In this document: positions 45,850 through 58,469 of the stretch, one piece after another
Position numbering within the stretch: the first letter of the stretch is position 1
Layout of the letters: each line of letters opens with the position of its first letter
NCBI GenBank assembly: GCA_964016885.1
Contig: OZ024751.1
Span: 41,602,001 to 41,666,000 of the forward strand
Direction: 5' to 3'
Length of the DNA: 64,000 nucleotides
From: Eledone cirrhosa
Lineage: Eukaryota
The notes under the pieces: model-generated
Seen by the model: the letters and a program-made list of their open reading frames with translations, nothing else
The model's database searches: none
What the model was told of the DNA's origin: nothing
Position numbers and translations under genes: made by a program

Positions 45850-46600
45850 ATTATTTCGTTTCTTCTGTTTATGTCAACTTCTTTTCATTAATCAATGAAC
45901 GCCATGTTGAAACTCGCTTGTTTTCTTTTTACTACCTTGTTTTTTCTATAACATTTTTTCTCCTTTTCAACTCCATTGTACATTTTTATTGTTTTGATTG
46001 TCTTTGTTCCATATCCCATCCGATGATGTCTGAATTTCCGTTGGTTTTTCATGTGTCCGCTAGGGTTATGTAATTATTGTCTTCTTTTTTGTCATATCTT
46101 CGTTGGTATTTCATTGAAAAACATTATTTTCCTGGAAGAAGCTTCCGATTTTTTCAAAGCATCTTATTCTGCATGATTTTGTAGCTTTATTTTTTCTTTC
46201 ATTTCCAAAATGTCCGCCATTTTTTTATTAATATTTTATTTTGTTTGTTTTTTGGGATACTTTCTTCGTTTTTTTTTTCATTTTGAATCTTTCTTTTTCT
46301 AGTTTACTAAGTAAAGATAGATCTTTTATGCCCATATTTCAGTTTTATGTGCAATATTTTCTTTCTAGTTTTAAATGCAACTCTCCATATTCTTGCTAGT
46401 GTATTTGTGGTAATAGTTTTCTTACATCTGTGTTCTGTTTTCTCCATAACTAACATGTCTCATTTATAATTTTGGGATACAGATTGTGTAGAATTCGTGC
46501 AATGCACCAATGTAGTCATCAATTGCCAGGAGTTCTCTTATAATTTTCTTTTCTTCCTCTAAGCGTTGACATTAACAGATGGGTTTGTTTTTTCAGTGTT
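45850..46600 (-). pseudogene. Decayed RTE-like LINE reverse transcriptase fragment
   Basis: Broken motifs QRKFR..GYGT, VIEKTR and NMAFID(Y)EK.FD resemble QxGFRxGxST / IEK / AFIDYEKAFD. Confidence 0.5.
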
Positions 46601-47070
46601 AACTTTCAGGAAAGACATCATCTCTGAATTAAGTCTTACGAGACTGCTTTCTTAGCGTGATCACGTTAGGATCACACTTCGAAATTCACCCGTAATTGTT
46701 GTTGATAGATTCATTTTCGGGTATAGTTTAAGTAAAGAAAACAAAATAAAAACGAAGTAAAGATGACACAAAGGATAGTGATTGAGAAGGTCACAAAATA
46801 TGTGACGAAAGAACTTTGACTATTAAATAGCTATCCGATTAGTAAACTAACTGAGGAATTGAATAATTATCTAAAGAATTACATATTTTTAAAAAAAGTA
46901 CCAGTCTAGTACTGGGGTCGATTCTTCCTCTATATAACTTTCTCACTTTCTTTCTATCACTCTAGATTCTTCTCTGGAAGACATCTGCTGTGTGTAGTCC
47001 AGGAGGAGATGGGCTCCACCAGGTTTTTTTAAATGCACAAGAAATACCGCATATCAATATACATTTCATG

Positions 47071-47270
47071 TAGGTGCGTGGCTTAGTAGTTAGAGAATTG
47101 GATTAGCATTCGCGAGGTTACGTGTTCCATTCCCAGACCGGGCGATGCGTTGTGTCTTTGAGCAAGACACTTTATTTCACCTTATTCTTTCTGCCAGGAG
47201 TTGCGACCAGTAGACAGTGTCAGCAATAAAAAATACATATGGAAACAATAGGGAAACATTGTTTACTCGA
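47071..47270 (+). mobile_element. SINE family B, diverged
   Basis: TGGCTTAGTAGTTAG ... GTGTCTTTGAGCAAGACACTTTATTTCAC. Confidence 0.75.
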
Positions 47271-47679
47271 TAAGTGAATGAGGTCTGGGATCTTGTTAAT
47301 CCCCCTTAACCAAAGCCATCTACTATCCTTGTCCCTTAGTTTTTCTATCTCTTTGATAAACACTGAATAGAATTTCTTTCCTTCCAAGATTGATTCATGT
47401 TATTGAACTGAAGCAGTCTTGTTTTGTTATGAGATTTAACTTCTTGTTTCTTGTGTTATTTTAGTGTTTGTTCTGTTGTGTAAAGTATGTGTAACGTGAG
47501 TTGTGTTATTTTATTGGGTACGTATTGTCTAGGGAGCGTTTTTGTATAAAGATTCTTCAAGATTGTTCTATTTGAATTGTGTTGTTGAATCGATAATGAT
47601 TTGCACATGATATATACTAATCATAAATTTTTTTCATAATGTACAGTATTGTGAGTCATGCTATTGCTTCCGTGTTTTT

Positions 47680-48030
47680 GTTTTTTTCATATTTCTAGTC
47701 CACCGATCATTATTGGCGCCGATTTTACTTTCATGCACCCCGACTTGGATATTTAGATTTCAAGGATTCCACTTTTTTTTTTATTGGTCAAAATGAAGTT
47801 TTTCTACTTCATTTTGGACAATATTTTGTTCAGAAGAGATTGCGACGTTTTTCAGTGTATATGTGATTTTATTTTTGATTTTATTTTTCAGTCCATGATT
47901 ACGATGTCTGAATGGTTTGTCTTGATTCCATTATCAGTTTTGACTGATATATCTCAGATGACAGTGATCATATCGTTGTCATGTACTATGTATGGTACAC
48001 ATTTATACCAATTATTGTCCCCCTTCCTAT
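47680..48030 (-). pseudogene. Decayed restriction-like endonuclease (REL) domain of an R4/Dong-type non-LTR retrotransposon
   Basis: Manual translation NWYKCVPYIVHDNDMITVI*DISVKTDNGIKTNHSDIVIMD*K...VAISSEQNIVQNEVEKL...MKVKSAPIMIGGLE follows the WY-x-H-x-P...WD...TD...N-x-PDIV...EK...P-x-x-IGALG pattern, with stops and frameshifts. Confidence 0.7.
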
Positions 48031-48116
48031 CAAAGTTTTGGCAAAGAGCTGTTTCATTCTTAAGAAATCATCGGGACGATTTCTTTATGAATGAAACAGC
48101 TCTTATCAAGTATATA

Positions 48117-48189
<73 letters not shown>

Positions 48190-48195
<6 letters not shown>

Positions 48196-48688
48196 GTTTG
48201 TATTTGTAAAGCCAAAACAATGCAGGTATGGACATAGAATAAAAAATGCAAATGCAAAAGATATTGTTGACAATTAGTCTTTTACCTTAAATTTATTTAA
48301 ATGTCCTTAATTTTCGAGATAATATCTCTTCTTCGGAAGGAAGTAACGCGGTTAAATCAGCGTTCTAAATAGCTTGCGAAGTCATGCTGACAGCATGCTG
48401 TCAGCATGACTTGGCAAGCTATTTAGAACGTTGAAATCTAAATATCCTTGAAATCTAAATAACCTTGAAATCTAAATATCCATGCTGTCAGCATGACTTG
48501 GCAAGCTATTTAGAACGCTGGTTTAACTGCTTTACTTCCCGCCGAAGAAGAGATATTATCTCGAAAATTAAGGACATTTAAATAAATTTAAGGTAAAAGA
48601 CTAATTGTCAACAATATCTTTTGCATTTGCATTTTTTATTCTATATCCATACCTGCATTGTTTTGGCTTTACAAATACAAACGTTTAT
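48190..48688. mobile_element. F7 fold-back element, ~205-bp arms, HHR remnants at 48304-48340 (-) and 48538-48574 (+)
   Basis: Arms are reverse complements and match 18917-19112. The core reads CCGAAGA in both arms. The centre is complex and duplicated. Confidence 0.75.
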
Positions 48689-48729
48689 ACCTCATTACAC
48701 AATGCTTCAAGTGAACTATAACTTCCTCC

Positions 48730-48769
<40 letters not shown>

Positions 48770-48783
48770 GTGCGTGTGTGTGT

Positions 48784-48814
<31 letters not shown>

Positions 48815-49018
48815 CGTGCCTGTGTCTGTGTATGTGTATACAATAGGGATAGTCCGTATGTTTCAGTGACAAACGCCAATGTTATGTGTAAATATTTATA
48901 AAGATAAATATTCATGTGAAATAAAATACACGTGCGTGGTTATGTATATTACAGTGTAGGTAGTGGTATAGACGGCGATACAACAGATCCACATTATGCT
49001 TGTGTGTGTGTGTGCATG

Positions 49019-49131
<113 letters not shown>

Positions 49132-49156
49132 CTGTGTGTGTGTGTATGCATATATA

Positions 49157-49330
<174 letters not shown>

Positions 49331-49367
49331 ATATATGTATGTATGTATGTATATATATATATATATA

Positions 49368-49976
49368 TGTCAGGTCACCAGTTGGTGCTACTGGTAACAT
49401 GTATCCCAGTACAACCTGTCTCATGGTCGGGTCGTTGGCGACTAAACTGGCGACCCCACCAAGGTTTCTTGGTGAGGAGGGTGACTTTGGACATCCTGCA
49501 GGACTAAAAACAAAACCTGTCAAAGGGCAAAGGAGCTCTTAAGAGTCAATGGCCATCCAAAATCACTGGGAGAGATGACCCCTTAGCCTTTGTCAAGGCA
49601 GAATTCTAGGAGAAGGAAAACTCTGATGTAACACCTGCGACTCTGATGGTATCCAATGATGTTGACTTGTTCTTCTTTTTGGTAAATATCATCTTGGTTA
49701 AGAGAGTGGGACTGGCTTTGTGCAGTGCCTTTGCTCACTATAAAAGCTTCACGGCACAGGCATTGCTTTATATCTGGAGATCTCTCTGCACTTGTCGTCA
49801 CATGGCACCATGGGCCCTGCACTATGTGTCAATAATTGTCACAAGTGTAGTGTTTGTACCAGAGTTTTCAAGTCGCTGGCTGGACTAAAAAGTCACATTC
49901 GTTCGGCGCATCGGTAGGGGTTCTCCTACATGGATATAAAGTAGTGGCCGTACACGAAAACGAGTTGGCAGCCACC
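49368..49976 (+). mobile_element. ~600-bp RTE-like element, copy 4
   Basis: Reverse orientation of copies 1-3, with (TATG)n/(TA)n flanks. Confidence 0.75.
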
Positions 49977-49993
49977 ATATATATATATATATA

Positions 49994-50103
<110 letters not shown>

Positions 50104-50118
50104 AATATACATATATAA

Positions 50119-50240
<122 letters not shown>

Positions 50241-50541
50241 ATATATATATATATATATACATGTGTCTGTATATGTTTGTCTGTCTGTGTCCGTGCATGT
50301 GTGAGTATGTATGCGTATGCATTTTGTGCACGTATGTATTTGTGTACATGTGTTCGTGTGTCTGTATAATTGTATACCTGTGTGCGTGTATATGTCTGCG
50401 TGTGTGCGTATGTATGCTTGTATGTGAGAATGTGTGTGTATTTGTATTTGCACATACATACGTATGCCTTATAAATATGTATTTGGTATTTGAAAAGTAT
50501 AGATCGATAGTTGCATATATACATATTCAATATTATTTTTC

Positions 50542-51074
50542 GGTGGATTAGCAGTATCAGTAGAGTCAGACACCATGCTTTGCAGCATAGAGTAACGGCC
50601 CTTTACATTCTGAGTTCAAATCCCGCTGAGGTTAACTTTGCCTTTCATCCTTACAGGGTCGATAAAATAAAGTACCAGTAACGTACTGGGGTCGATTTAA
50701 TCGACTTTCCCCTCCCCTGAAATTACTGGCTTCGTGCCTATACTAGAAATTATTATTTTTGGTTCACAAGGGCGGTGAATTGGCAGTATCGGTAGAGGGT
50801 CGGACGCCATGCTTTGACGTATAGAGTTACGGCCCTTGCCATTCTGAGTTCAAAACCAGCCGGGGTACCACCCCTCGGTCCCTGGGTGAAGGAGGTGGGG
50901 GATGGATACTCCCTCCCCATTACTAGAGTTACGGCCCTTGCCATTCTGAGTTCAAATCCCGCCGAGGTTAACTTTGCCTTTCATCCTTATGGGGTCGATA
51001 AAATAAAGTACCAGTAATCTCCTGGTAATCTACTGGGTAATTGCTGGCCTTGTGCCAAAATTAGAAACAATTAT
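50542..51074 (+). mobile_element. Two SINE family A copies, the second with an internal insertion
   Basis: Copies at 50542-50755 and 50770-51074. Confidence 0.85.
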
Positions 51075-51191
51075 TTTTGGTTCACATTTTGTTTTGTCTC
51101 AAATTAACCGCAATCGAGCAGTCATCATATGTTGTTAGTAAACATTGTCTACCTAGGACTACATCATTGAATTCACCTACAATTTTAATAG

Positions 51192-51391
51192 GTATTTATT
51201 GCTGCTAGTGTGGAAACACATTATGATAGTACACATACTTAAATATGGAATGATACGCGATGGACAGAATGGAGAAGGCGGACAGGATGGAGAAGGCGTT
51301 TCCCTGGAGGATGGCAAGGGAGACGCGCTGGAAAAGGCCACTCCAACTCGCGGGTTCACACCTGCGGCTGGTCAGCTCAGCGCCTATGGTG
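51192..51391 (+). CDS. Candidate internal coding exon (YLLLLVWKHIMIVHILKYGMIRDGQNGEGGQDGEG...LSAYG)
   Basis: TTTTAATAG| acceptor, GC-rich unique sequence, one open frame, and a strong G|GTGAGT donor at 51392. Confidence 0.35.
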
Positions 51392-51519
51392 GTGAGTAGG
51401 GAGGTAGCCCTAAGGAATCGAACTGATAACCTCAAAGTGGTGAGCCGAGCATCCTAACCATTAAGCCAGGCTCCTTCACCAACAATCGTCAAATACATGT
51501 TGGAATGTCAATAAAGAAA

Positions 51520-52248
51520 AATATATACGCACAAGCACGCCGGCAGGCGCACACACACATATATACGCACAAGCACGCCGGCAGGAACACACACACACAT
51601 ATACGCACAAGCACGCCGGTAGGCACACACATATACGCACATGCACGCCGGCAGGCACACACACGTATATACGCATATGCACGCACAGATATACACATGC
51701 GTTCACACAGGCAATCATAGAGAAACACACATGCATACACGTGCATACACCCACACAGAAACACACACACACACAGAGGCTATGACACATGGACATACAC
51801 ACACGCATACTCGCACACATAGACACAGACACACACACACACACACAGAAGCTATCACACGCGGATATACACACACGCATACTCGCACACACAGACACAC
51901 ACACATACAATCTATCACACGCGGATATACACACACGCTTACTAGCACACACACACACACGGAGGCTATCACACACGGGTATACACACACGCATACTCGC
52001 GCACACACACACACAGAAGCTATCACACGCGGATATATACACACGCTTACTAGCACACACACACACACAGGCTTTCACACACGCATACTCACACACAGAG
52101 GCTTTCACACACGCATACTCACACACACCAACACACAGAGGCTATCACACACGGAAACACACACACGCATACTCGTACATACACAAATATGCACTCTCAC
52201 ACGCGCACACACAGAAACACACACAAACGCACACACAAACGGCCACAT

Positions 52249-52332
<84 letters not shown>

Positions 52333-52860
52333 CACACACACACACACACACGTTACTCGCTATATTTATGTTTATATAACCTTTCGCGCTTTCTAATATT
52401 TTCTTCTTCACTTTTCGCCAACAATTCTGTGTGTGTGTGTATGTGTGTCTGTGTGTGAGTGTGTGTGTACGCATCTGAGTATGTGTGTGCCGGTGCGTGT
52501 GTATATGTATCTGTGTATATATGAGTGTGCGTGTGTATCTGTAAGCGTGTCTGTGTCAGTGTCTATAGAGTGTATGTGTGTGTGCGTCTGTATTTGTGTA
52601 TGTGTCTGTACGTGTGTATGAATGTATATATGTGTATGTCTGTGAGTTGATGTGTGTGTCTGTGTGTCTGTCTGTCTGTCTGTCACAGTGTGTATGTGTG
52701 TGTGTGTGTGTGTGTGTATTTGTGTATGTGTCTGTGCGTGTGTATGAATGTAGATATGTGTGTGTCTGTGAGTTGATGTGTGTGTCTGTGTGTCTGTGTG
52801 TCTGTCACAGTGTGTATGTGTGTGTATGTGTGTGTGTGTGTGTGTATGTGTGTACCCGTT
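51520..52860. repeat. CA/TG-derived degenerate minisatellites
   Basis: Repeated GCACGCCGGCAGG and GCTATCACACGCGGATATACAC cores, plus a ~118-bp duplication at ~52590-52815. Confidence 0.85.
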
Positions 52861-52981
52861 TCTATCCACTACCCCCCTCCCCTCCTGGGGTACTTCGTTC
52901 CATCAACTATTGTTTATAGTTATTCAACTAATCCAAGTGACCGAATTTTCAAATTTAACACACACATACACACAAACATAT

Positions 52982-53016
<35 letters not shown>

Positions 53017-53115
53017 CACACACACACACACGTACACGCTTGCACACACACACACGGGCACACGCACTCGCAGATGCACACACACAAATATGTGTGTGTC
53101 CAAATATGTGTGTGT

Positions 53116-53155
<40 letters not shown>

Positions 53156-53156
<1 letters not shown>

Positions 53157-53343
53157 CGAAGGAAATGTGGTAAGGAACCAGGTGGACCATAACGCACCAA
53201 AGTACTCAATACTTAGGGTAGTAGAGTGGGAAATAGGAACCAGTAAGACCCCGACGGCTGAGCTCAAGCCGTTTCGACGGCTAATTCAGTCCAGAATTAG
53301 CCGTCGAAACGGCTTGAGCTCAGCCGTCGGGGTCTTACTGATT

Positions 53344-53346
<3 letters not shown>
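53156..53346. mobile_element. Most abundant (TA)n-embedded PLE-like family (F13), representative copy
   Basis: Terminus AACGAAGGAARTGTGGTAAGGAACCAGGTGG also at ~826-1020, 1940-2010, 9750-9900, 19187-19352, 27100-27282, 42858-42975, 43841-43970, 53770-53900, 59609-59680, 59797-59868 and 61947-62124. Several copies end in a palindrome. Confidence 0.8.
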
Positions 53347-53415
<69 letters not shown>

Positions 53416-53480
53416 AATGAAGTAATTCCATCGGAAAAGTCCAGGAAAAAAGAGTGCTCTATGTATGCAACAGAGCTTAA

Positions 53481-53749
53481 TTATTATTATTATGTAATAA
53501 ACAACATAAGGCAATTATTCCATTTACCAGTGGTTTCTTAAAAGCAAAAGGTTTTGCTTTCAATCATCAGAATGAAAAATCCTGGTTTGTTTATTGAATA
53601 TGGATTCTAAAAACTAGGTTTTTAGAATCCATATTCAATAAACAAACCAGGATTTTTCATTCTGAGGATTGAAAGCAAAACCTTTTGCTTTTAAGAAACC
53701 ACTGGTAAATGGAATAATTGCCTTATGTTGTTTATTACATAATAATAAT
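53481..53749. mobile_element. Near-perfect 270-bp palindrome carrying two F4 hammerheads (53521-53574 minus, 53658-53711 plus)
   Basis: CATT CTGA(T/G)GA TTGAAAGCAAAA-CC-TTTTGCTTTTAA GAAA CCACTGG TA AATG. Palindrome centre at ~53616 with a 3-nt loop. Confidence 0.75.
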
Positions 53750-53913
53750 ATATATATATATATATATATAGGAAAATATATGACCAGGCTCTGTCGTCGT
53801 GGTGATACATTTTCCTATTACCCACTCTACTACCCTAAGTATTGAGCACCCTGGTGCGTGCGTTATGGTCTACCTGGTTCTTTACCACACTTCGTTCGTT
53901 ATATATATATATA

Positions 53914-54105
53914 GGGCGGTGGATTAGCAGTATCGGTAGAGGGTCGGACGCCATGCTTTGAAGCATAGAGTTACCTCCCTTTATGATCTGAGTTCAAATC
54001 CCGCCGAGGTTAACTTTGCCTTTCATCCTTTCAGGGTCGATAAAATAAAGTACCAGTAATACACTGGGATAATTGCTGGCCTTCTGCCAAAAGTAGAAAC
54101 AGTTA
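53914..54105 (+). mobile_element. SINE family A, full length
   Basis: A box, B box and body present. Confidence 0.85.
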
Positions 54106-54126
54106 TATATATATATATATATGCAC

Positions 54127-54167
<41 letters not shown>

Positions 54168-54208
54168 CGAAACATAAGTCAATTGCATGAACTAATAATC
54201 CTTTATTT

Positions 54209-54264
54209 ACTGCTATATATATTTCGATGATAGCCATTGAATGGCTATGACCTCATCAGGCAGT
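54209..54264 (-). ncRNA. Minimal type I hammerhead (F1-related), intact
   Basis: Minus strand reads ACTGC CTGATGA GGTCATAGCCAT-TCA-ATGGCTATCATC GAAA TATATA TA GCAGT AAATAAA. P2 shows a compensatory C-G to T-A change relative to the 35188 copy. Confidence 0.8.
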
Positions 54265-54340
54265 TAGTCAGTTCTTAGATATGCCAGCTCTGTGTTTATA
54301 GTGTTGATGGTATCAGAGCCTTGGCACATATGTATATATG

Positions 54341-54376
<36 letters not shown>

Positions 54377-54488
54377 AGTGTGTGTCCGAAAGGTAAAGAC
54401 TCTTTTTCTACTAGAGCAAGCGTTAAACTAATATATTTCTTCATTGTAACGTGTTGTATTGTTTGCTTTATTGTTTCCAATTACTTTT

Positions 54489-54528
<40 letters not shown>

Positions 54529-55119
54529 GAGGGGGGGGGGAATACAGACAAAGGGATGAACATACTCACACACACCCACACACACACATATCATGCCAAT
54601 ATATTTTCTTATATACACGTACACCCAGACATATGTGTAAATATATAAATACATATTTCTACGTACGTGTACATGTGTTTAATAATTCTACATAGATGTA
54701 CACGTACAAAGCCGAAGTATTATAATCATGTATAAATACATGCATATATACATACATATATACATTTATACATATATACATATATATATATACATGCATA
54801 TCATACATATACATACATACACACACACACATGCACGCATTTATATATATGTATGAGTATATATATATATATGCATGCATGTGTGTGTGTATTTATGTAT
54901 ATGTATGATATGCATGTATATATATATATATGTATATATGTATATATGTATATATGTATATATATATACATATATACATATATACATATATATGTATAGA
55001 AATACTCCTACGCACGCACATTTAGCATATATGTTTGTTTGTGACTGCATGTGTAGCGTGTGTATGTTGTATGTATATGTATATATACATATATGTATGT
55101 ATATATATATATACATACA

Positions 55120-55356
<237 letters not shown>

Positions 55357-55527
55357 ACACAGCAGCAGAGATATATACATGCGTTTCCCTGAATGAAGCC
55401 GGTTTCATAAACCGACCAGGTAAACACCAATAATCAGAACTTACTTCATCGATAATAGTTACAGGCACAACAACAACTACAACGACAACAACAATAACAG
55501 CAAAAAGAAGAACTGATAAAGATAATA

Positions 55528-55692
55528 ATAATAATTTCTTATATAAGCACAAAGCCAGCAATATATTTTTGGGGAGGGGAAATCTACGATATCGACCCCA
55601 GTGCATTACTGGTACTTTATTTTATCGACCCTGTAAGGATGAAAGGCAAAGATAACCTTGACGGGATTTGAACTCAGAACGTAAAAGGCCGC

Positions 55693-55753
<61 letters not shown>

Positions 55754-56240
55754 CGTTTATACTTTTGGCACAAGGCCAGTAATTATCCCAGTGCATTACT
55801 GGTACTTTATTTTAGTAATGCACTGGGATAATTGCTGTCCTTGTGCCAAAAGTATAAACAATTATTATCATTATTATTCGCATCTCTTTACGTACTGAGT
55901 TCAAATCCCGTTTGAGGTTAGCTTTGCCTTTAATAATAATGATTTCTAGTATAGGCACAAGGCCAACAATTTGGGGGGGGGGGGGGGGAGAAAGTCGATT
56001 AAATCGACCCCAGTGCGTGACTGGTACTTTATTTTATCCCACCCCGTAAGGATGAAAGGCAAAGTTAACCTCGGCGAGATTTGAACGCAAAACCTAAAGG
56101 CGGCAAAAAAAAATTAAAGAAAATAATAATGATTTCTAGCAATTATTCCAGTGTATTACTGGTACTTTATTTATCGACTCCCTAAGGAAGAAAGGCAATG
56201 TTAACCTCGGTGGGATTTGAACTTAGACCATAAAGGCGGT
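55528..56240 (-). mobile_element. Cluster of truncated SINE family A copies with (AAT)n tails
   Basis: At least three minus-strand bodies plus a fold-back tail at ~55750-55866. Confidence 0.8.
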
Positions 56241-58149
56241 AACAACAAAAAAAAAAGGAAATAATAATAACAACAACAATAATAATTTAGTAATAATCAA
56301 CAGAAATATAATGGGATTGCTATTATATAAGTGTATGTAACTAAAGTTGTTACTTACAGTTATGATGTGATGTTGTGGCGTATCAACATATCTGCGCCAG
56401 TGTTTGAAACAGAGCGATAAAACAAGAGCGATGTTGCTGTACTCCTCAACTTGTTGGGTTTAACTTAAAATGTTGTATATAGTTTAGTTGTATGTCAACG
56501 TTCCCACTAAGAACTGTATGGAAGAACGATGAAGCTAGAATTTTTTTCCCTTTTTTTTTTCTTCTTCTTCTTTTTTTTCTTCTTCTTCCTTTCTCTCTAT
56601 CTATATATATATCGCTCTCTTTCTCTCTCTTCTTCTTTCTCTCTCTCTCTCTGTAGTATTGTGTAGTATTTTAATAATGTAGTAGTATTCCTTTGGATTT
56701 TAGTTCAACTTATTTAATACTTGTGTAGCGAAAGTGTTGTTTAGTGCTGCGGGATGTAGTGCTTTTTTTTTTTTTAAGGGTGTGGCGTTGTTTGTTTATT
56801 TTTACGGTGTCCTGTTATGAGGTGTGTGTGTAAATGTGGTGTTTAGCGGGCTGCGGTGAGGTGTGGTGCGGTGAGATGTGGTGTAGTGTTGTGCAGTGTA
56901 AACAAAAAAATCTGTCAACGCCTTCAACCAGAGAAGATAACCAGCTTCACTCTTGTGTCACTGTTCACTTAATAATCCTGCATTTCTATGGTGGTGGTGG
57001 TGGTGGTGGTGGTGTATGGTGGTGGTGTATGGTAGTGGTGGTGGTGGTGGTGGTGGTGGTGGTGGTGGTGTTGGTGGTGGTGGTGGTGGTGGTGGTGTAT
57101 GGTGGTGGTGGTGGTGGTGGTGTTGGTGGTGTATGGTGGTGGTGGTGGTGGTGGTGTTGGTGGTGGTGTATGGTGGTGGTGGTGGTGGCGGTGTATGGTG
57201 GTGGTGGTGGTGTTGGTGGTGGTGTTGGTGGTGGTGTATGGTGGTGGTGGTGGTGGTGGTGGTGGTGGTGGTGGCGGTGTATGGTGGTGGTGTTGTTGGT
57301 GGTGTATGGTGGTGGTGGTGGTGTTGGTGGTGGTGTATGGTGGTGGTGGTTGTGGTGGTGGTGTTGGTGGTGGTGTATGGTGGTGGTGTTGTTGGTGGTG
57401 TATGGTGGTGGTGGTGGTGTTGGTGGTGGTGTATGGTGGTGGTGGTGGTGATGGTGGTGTTGGTGGTGGTGTATGGTGGTGGTGTTGGTGTTGGTGTGGT
57501 GTATGGTGGTTGTGGTGGTGGTGGTGGTGGTGGTGGTGGTGGCGATGGTGGGGTTGTTGGTGGTGGTGGTGGTGGTGTTGGTGGTGGAGGAGGATGCGGT
57601 GGTGGTGATGATGGTGGTGGTGGTGGTGTGTCAACAAAAGGCCCAGGAAAAAAATGTGCATATATATTTATATATATATATATATATATAAATACAGAGA
57701 GAGAGAGAGAAAAAAGAGAGAGAAAGATAGAGAGAGAGAGAAGGAGGAGTATGTGAGAGAGAGAGAATGAGATTGGGTGAGAGAGATAGAGAGAGAGAGA
57801 AAAAGAGATGAGTGAGAGAGAGAGAGATAGTGTTGGGGAGGGAGTAAAAGAGAGCGAGAAAGATATAGATATATAGATATATAGAGAGAGAGGAGGTGGA
57901 AGAGAGATAGAGAGAGGAGAGGGAGTGGAAGAGAGAGAGAAAGATATATATATATATATAGAGAGAGAGAGAGTGAGAGCGTGAGAGGGGGCGGGGAGTG
58001 GAAGAGAGAGAGTGGTAGAGAGGTGAAGAGAAAGAGAGAGAGAGGGGTGGGGTGGAAGAGAGAGAGATGGGTAGAGAGAAAGATAGAGAGGTGAAGAGAG
58101 AGAGATAGAGAGAGGGGGAAGGGAATGTTAGAGAGAGAGGGATAGAGAA

Positions 58150-58203
<54 letters not shown>

Positions 58204-58358
58204 GTGTAGTTTTTGTGTAGGAACAGAGTAGGAAAAAAGTATGGATGGTCTGAAGCTGAGCAACTTTAATATTGTACAGAAACTATGGATGTCTCCACCT
58301 CTACTATCAACCGCGTCTTATACATAATCACTTCCAGTAACACTATTATCATTAACAT

Positions 58359-58392
<34 letters not shown>

Positions 58393-58469
58393 AGCAGCAT
58401 CGTCGTCGTCGTCAGCCTCATCGTTATTATCATCATCATCATCATCATCATCTTCTTCATCATCACCCC

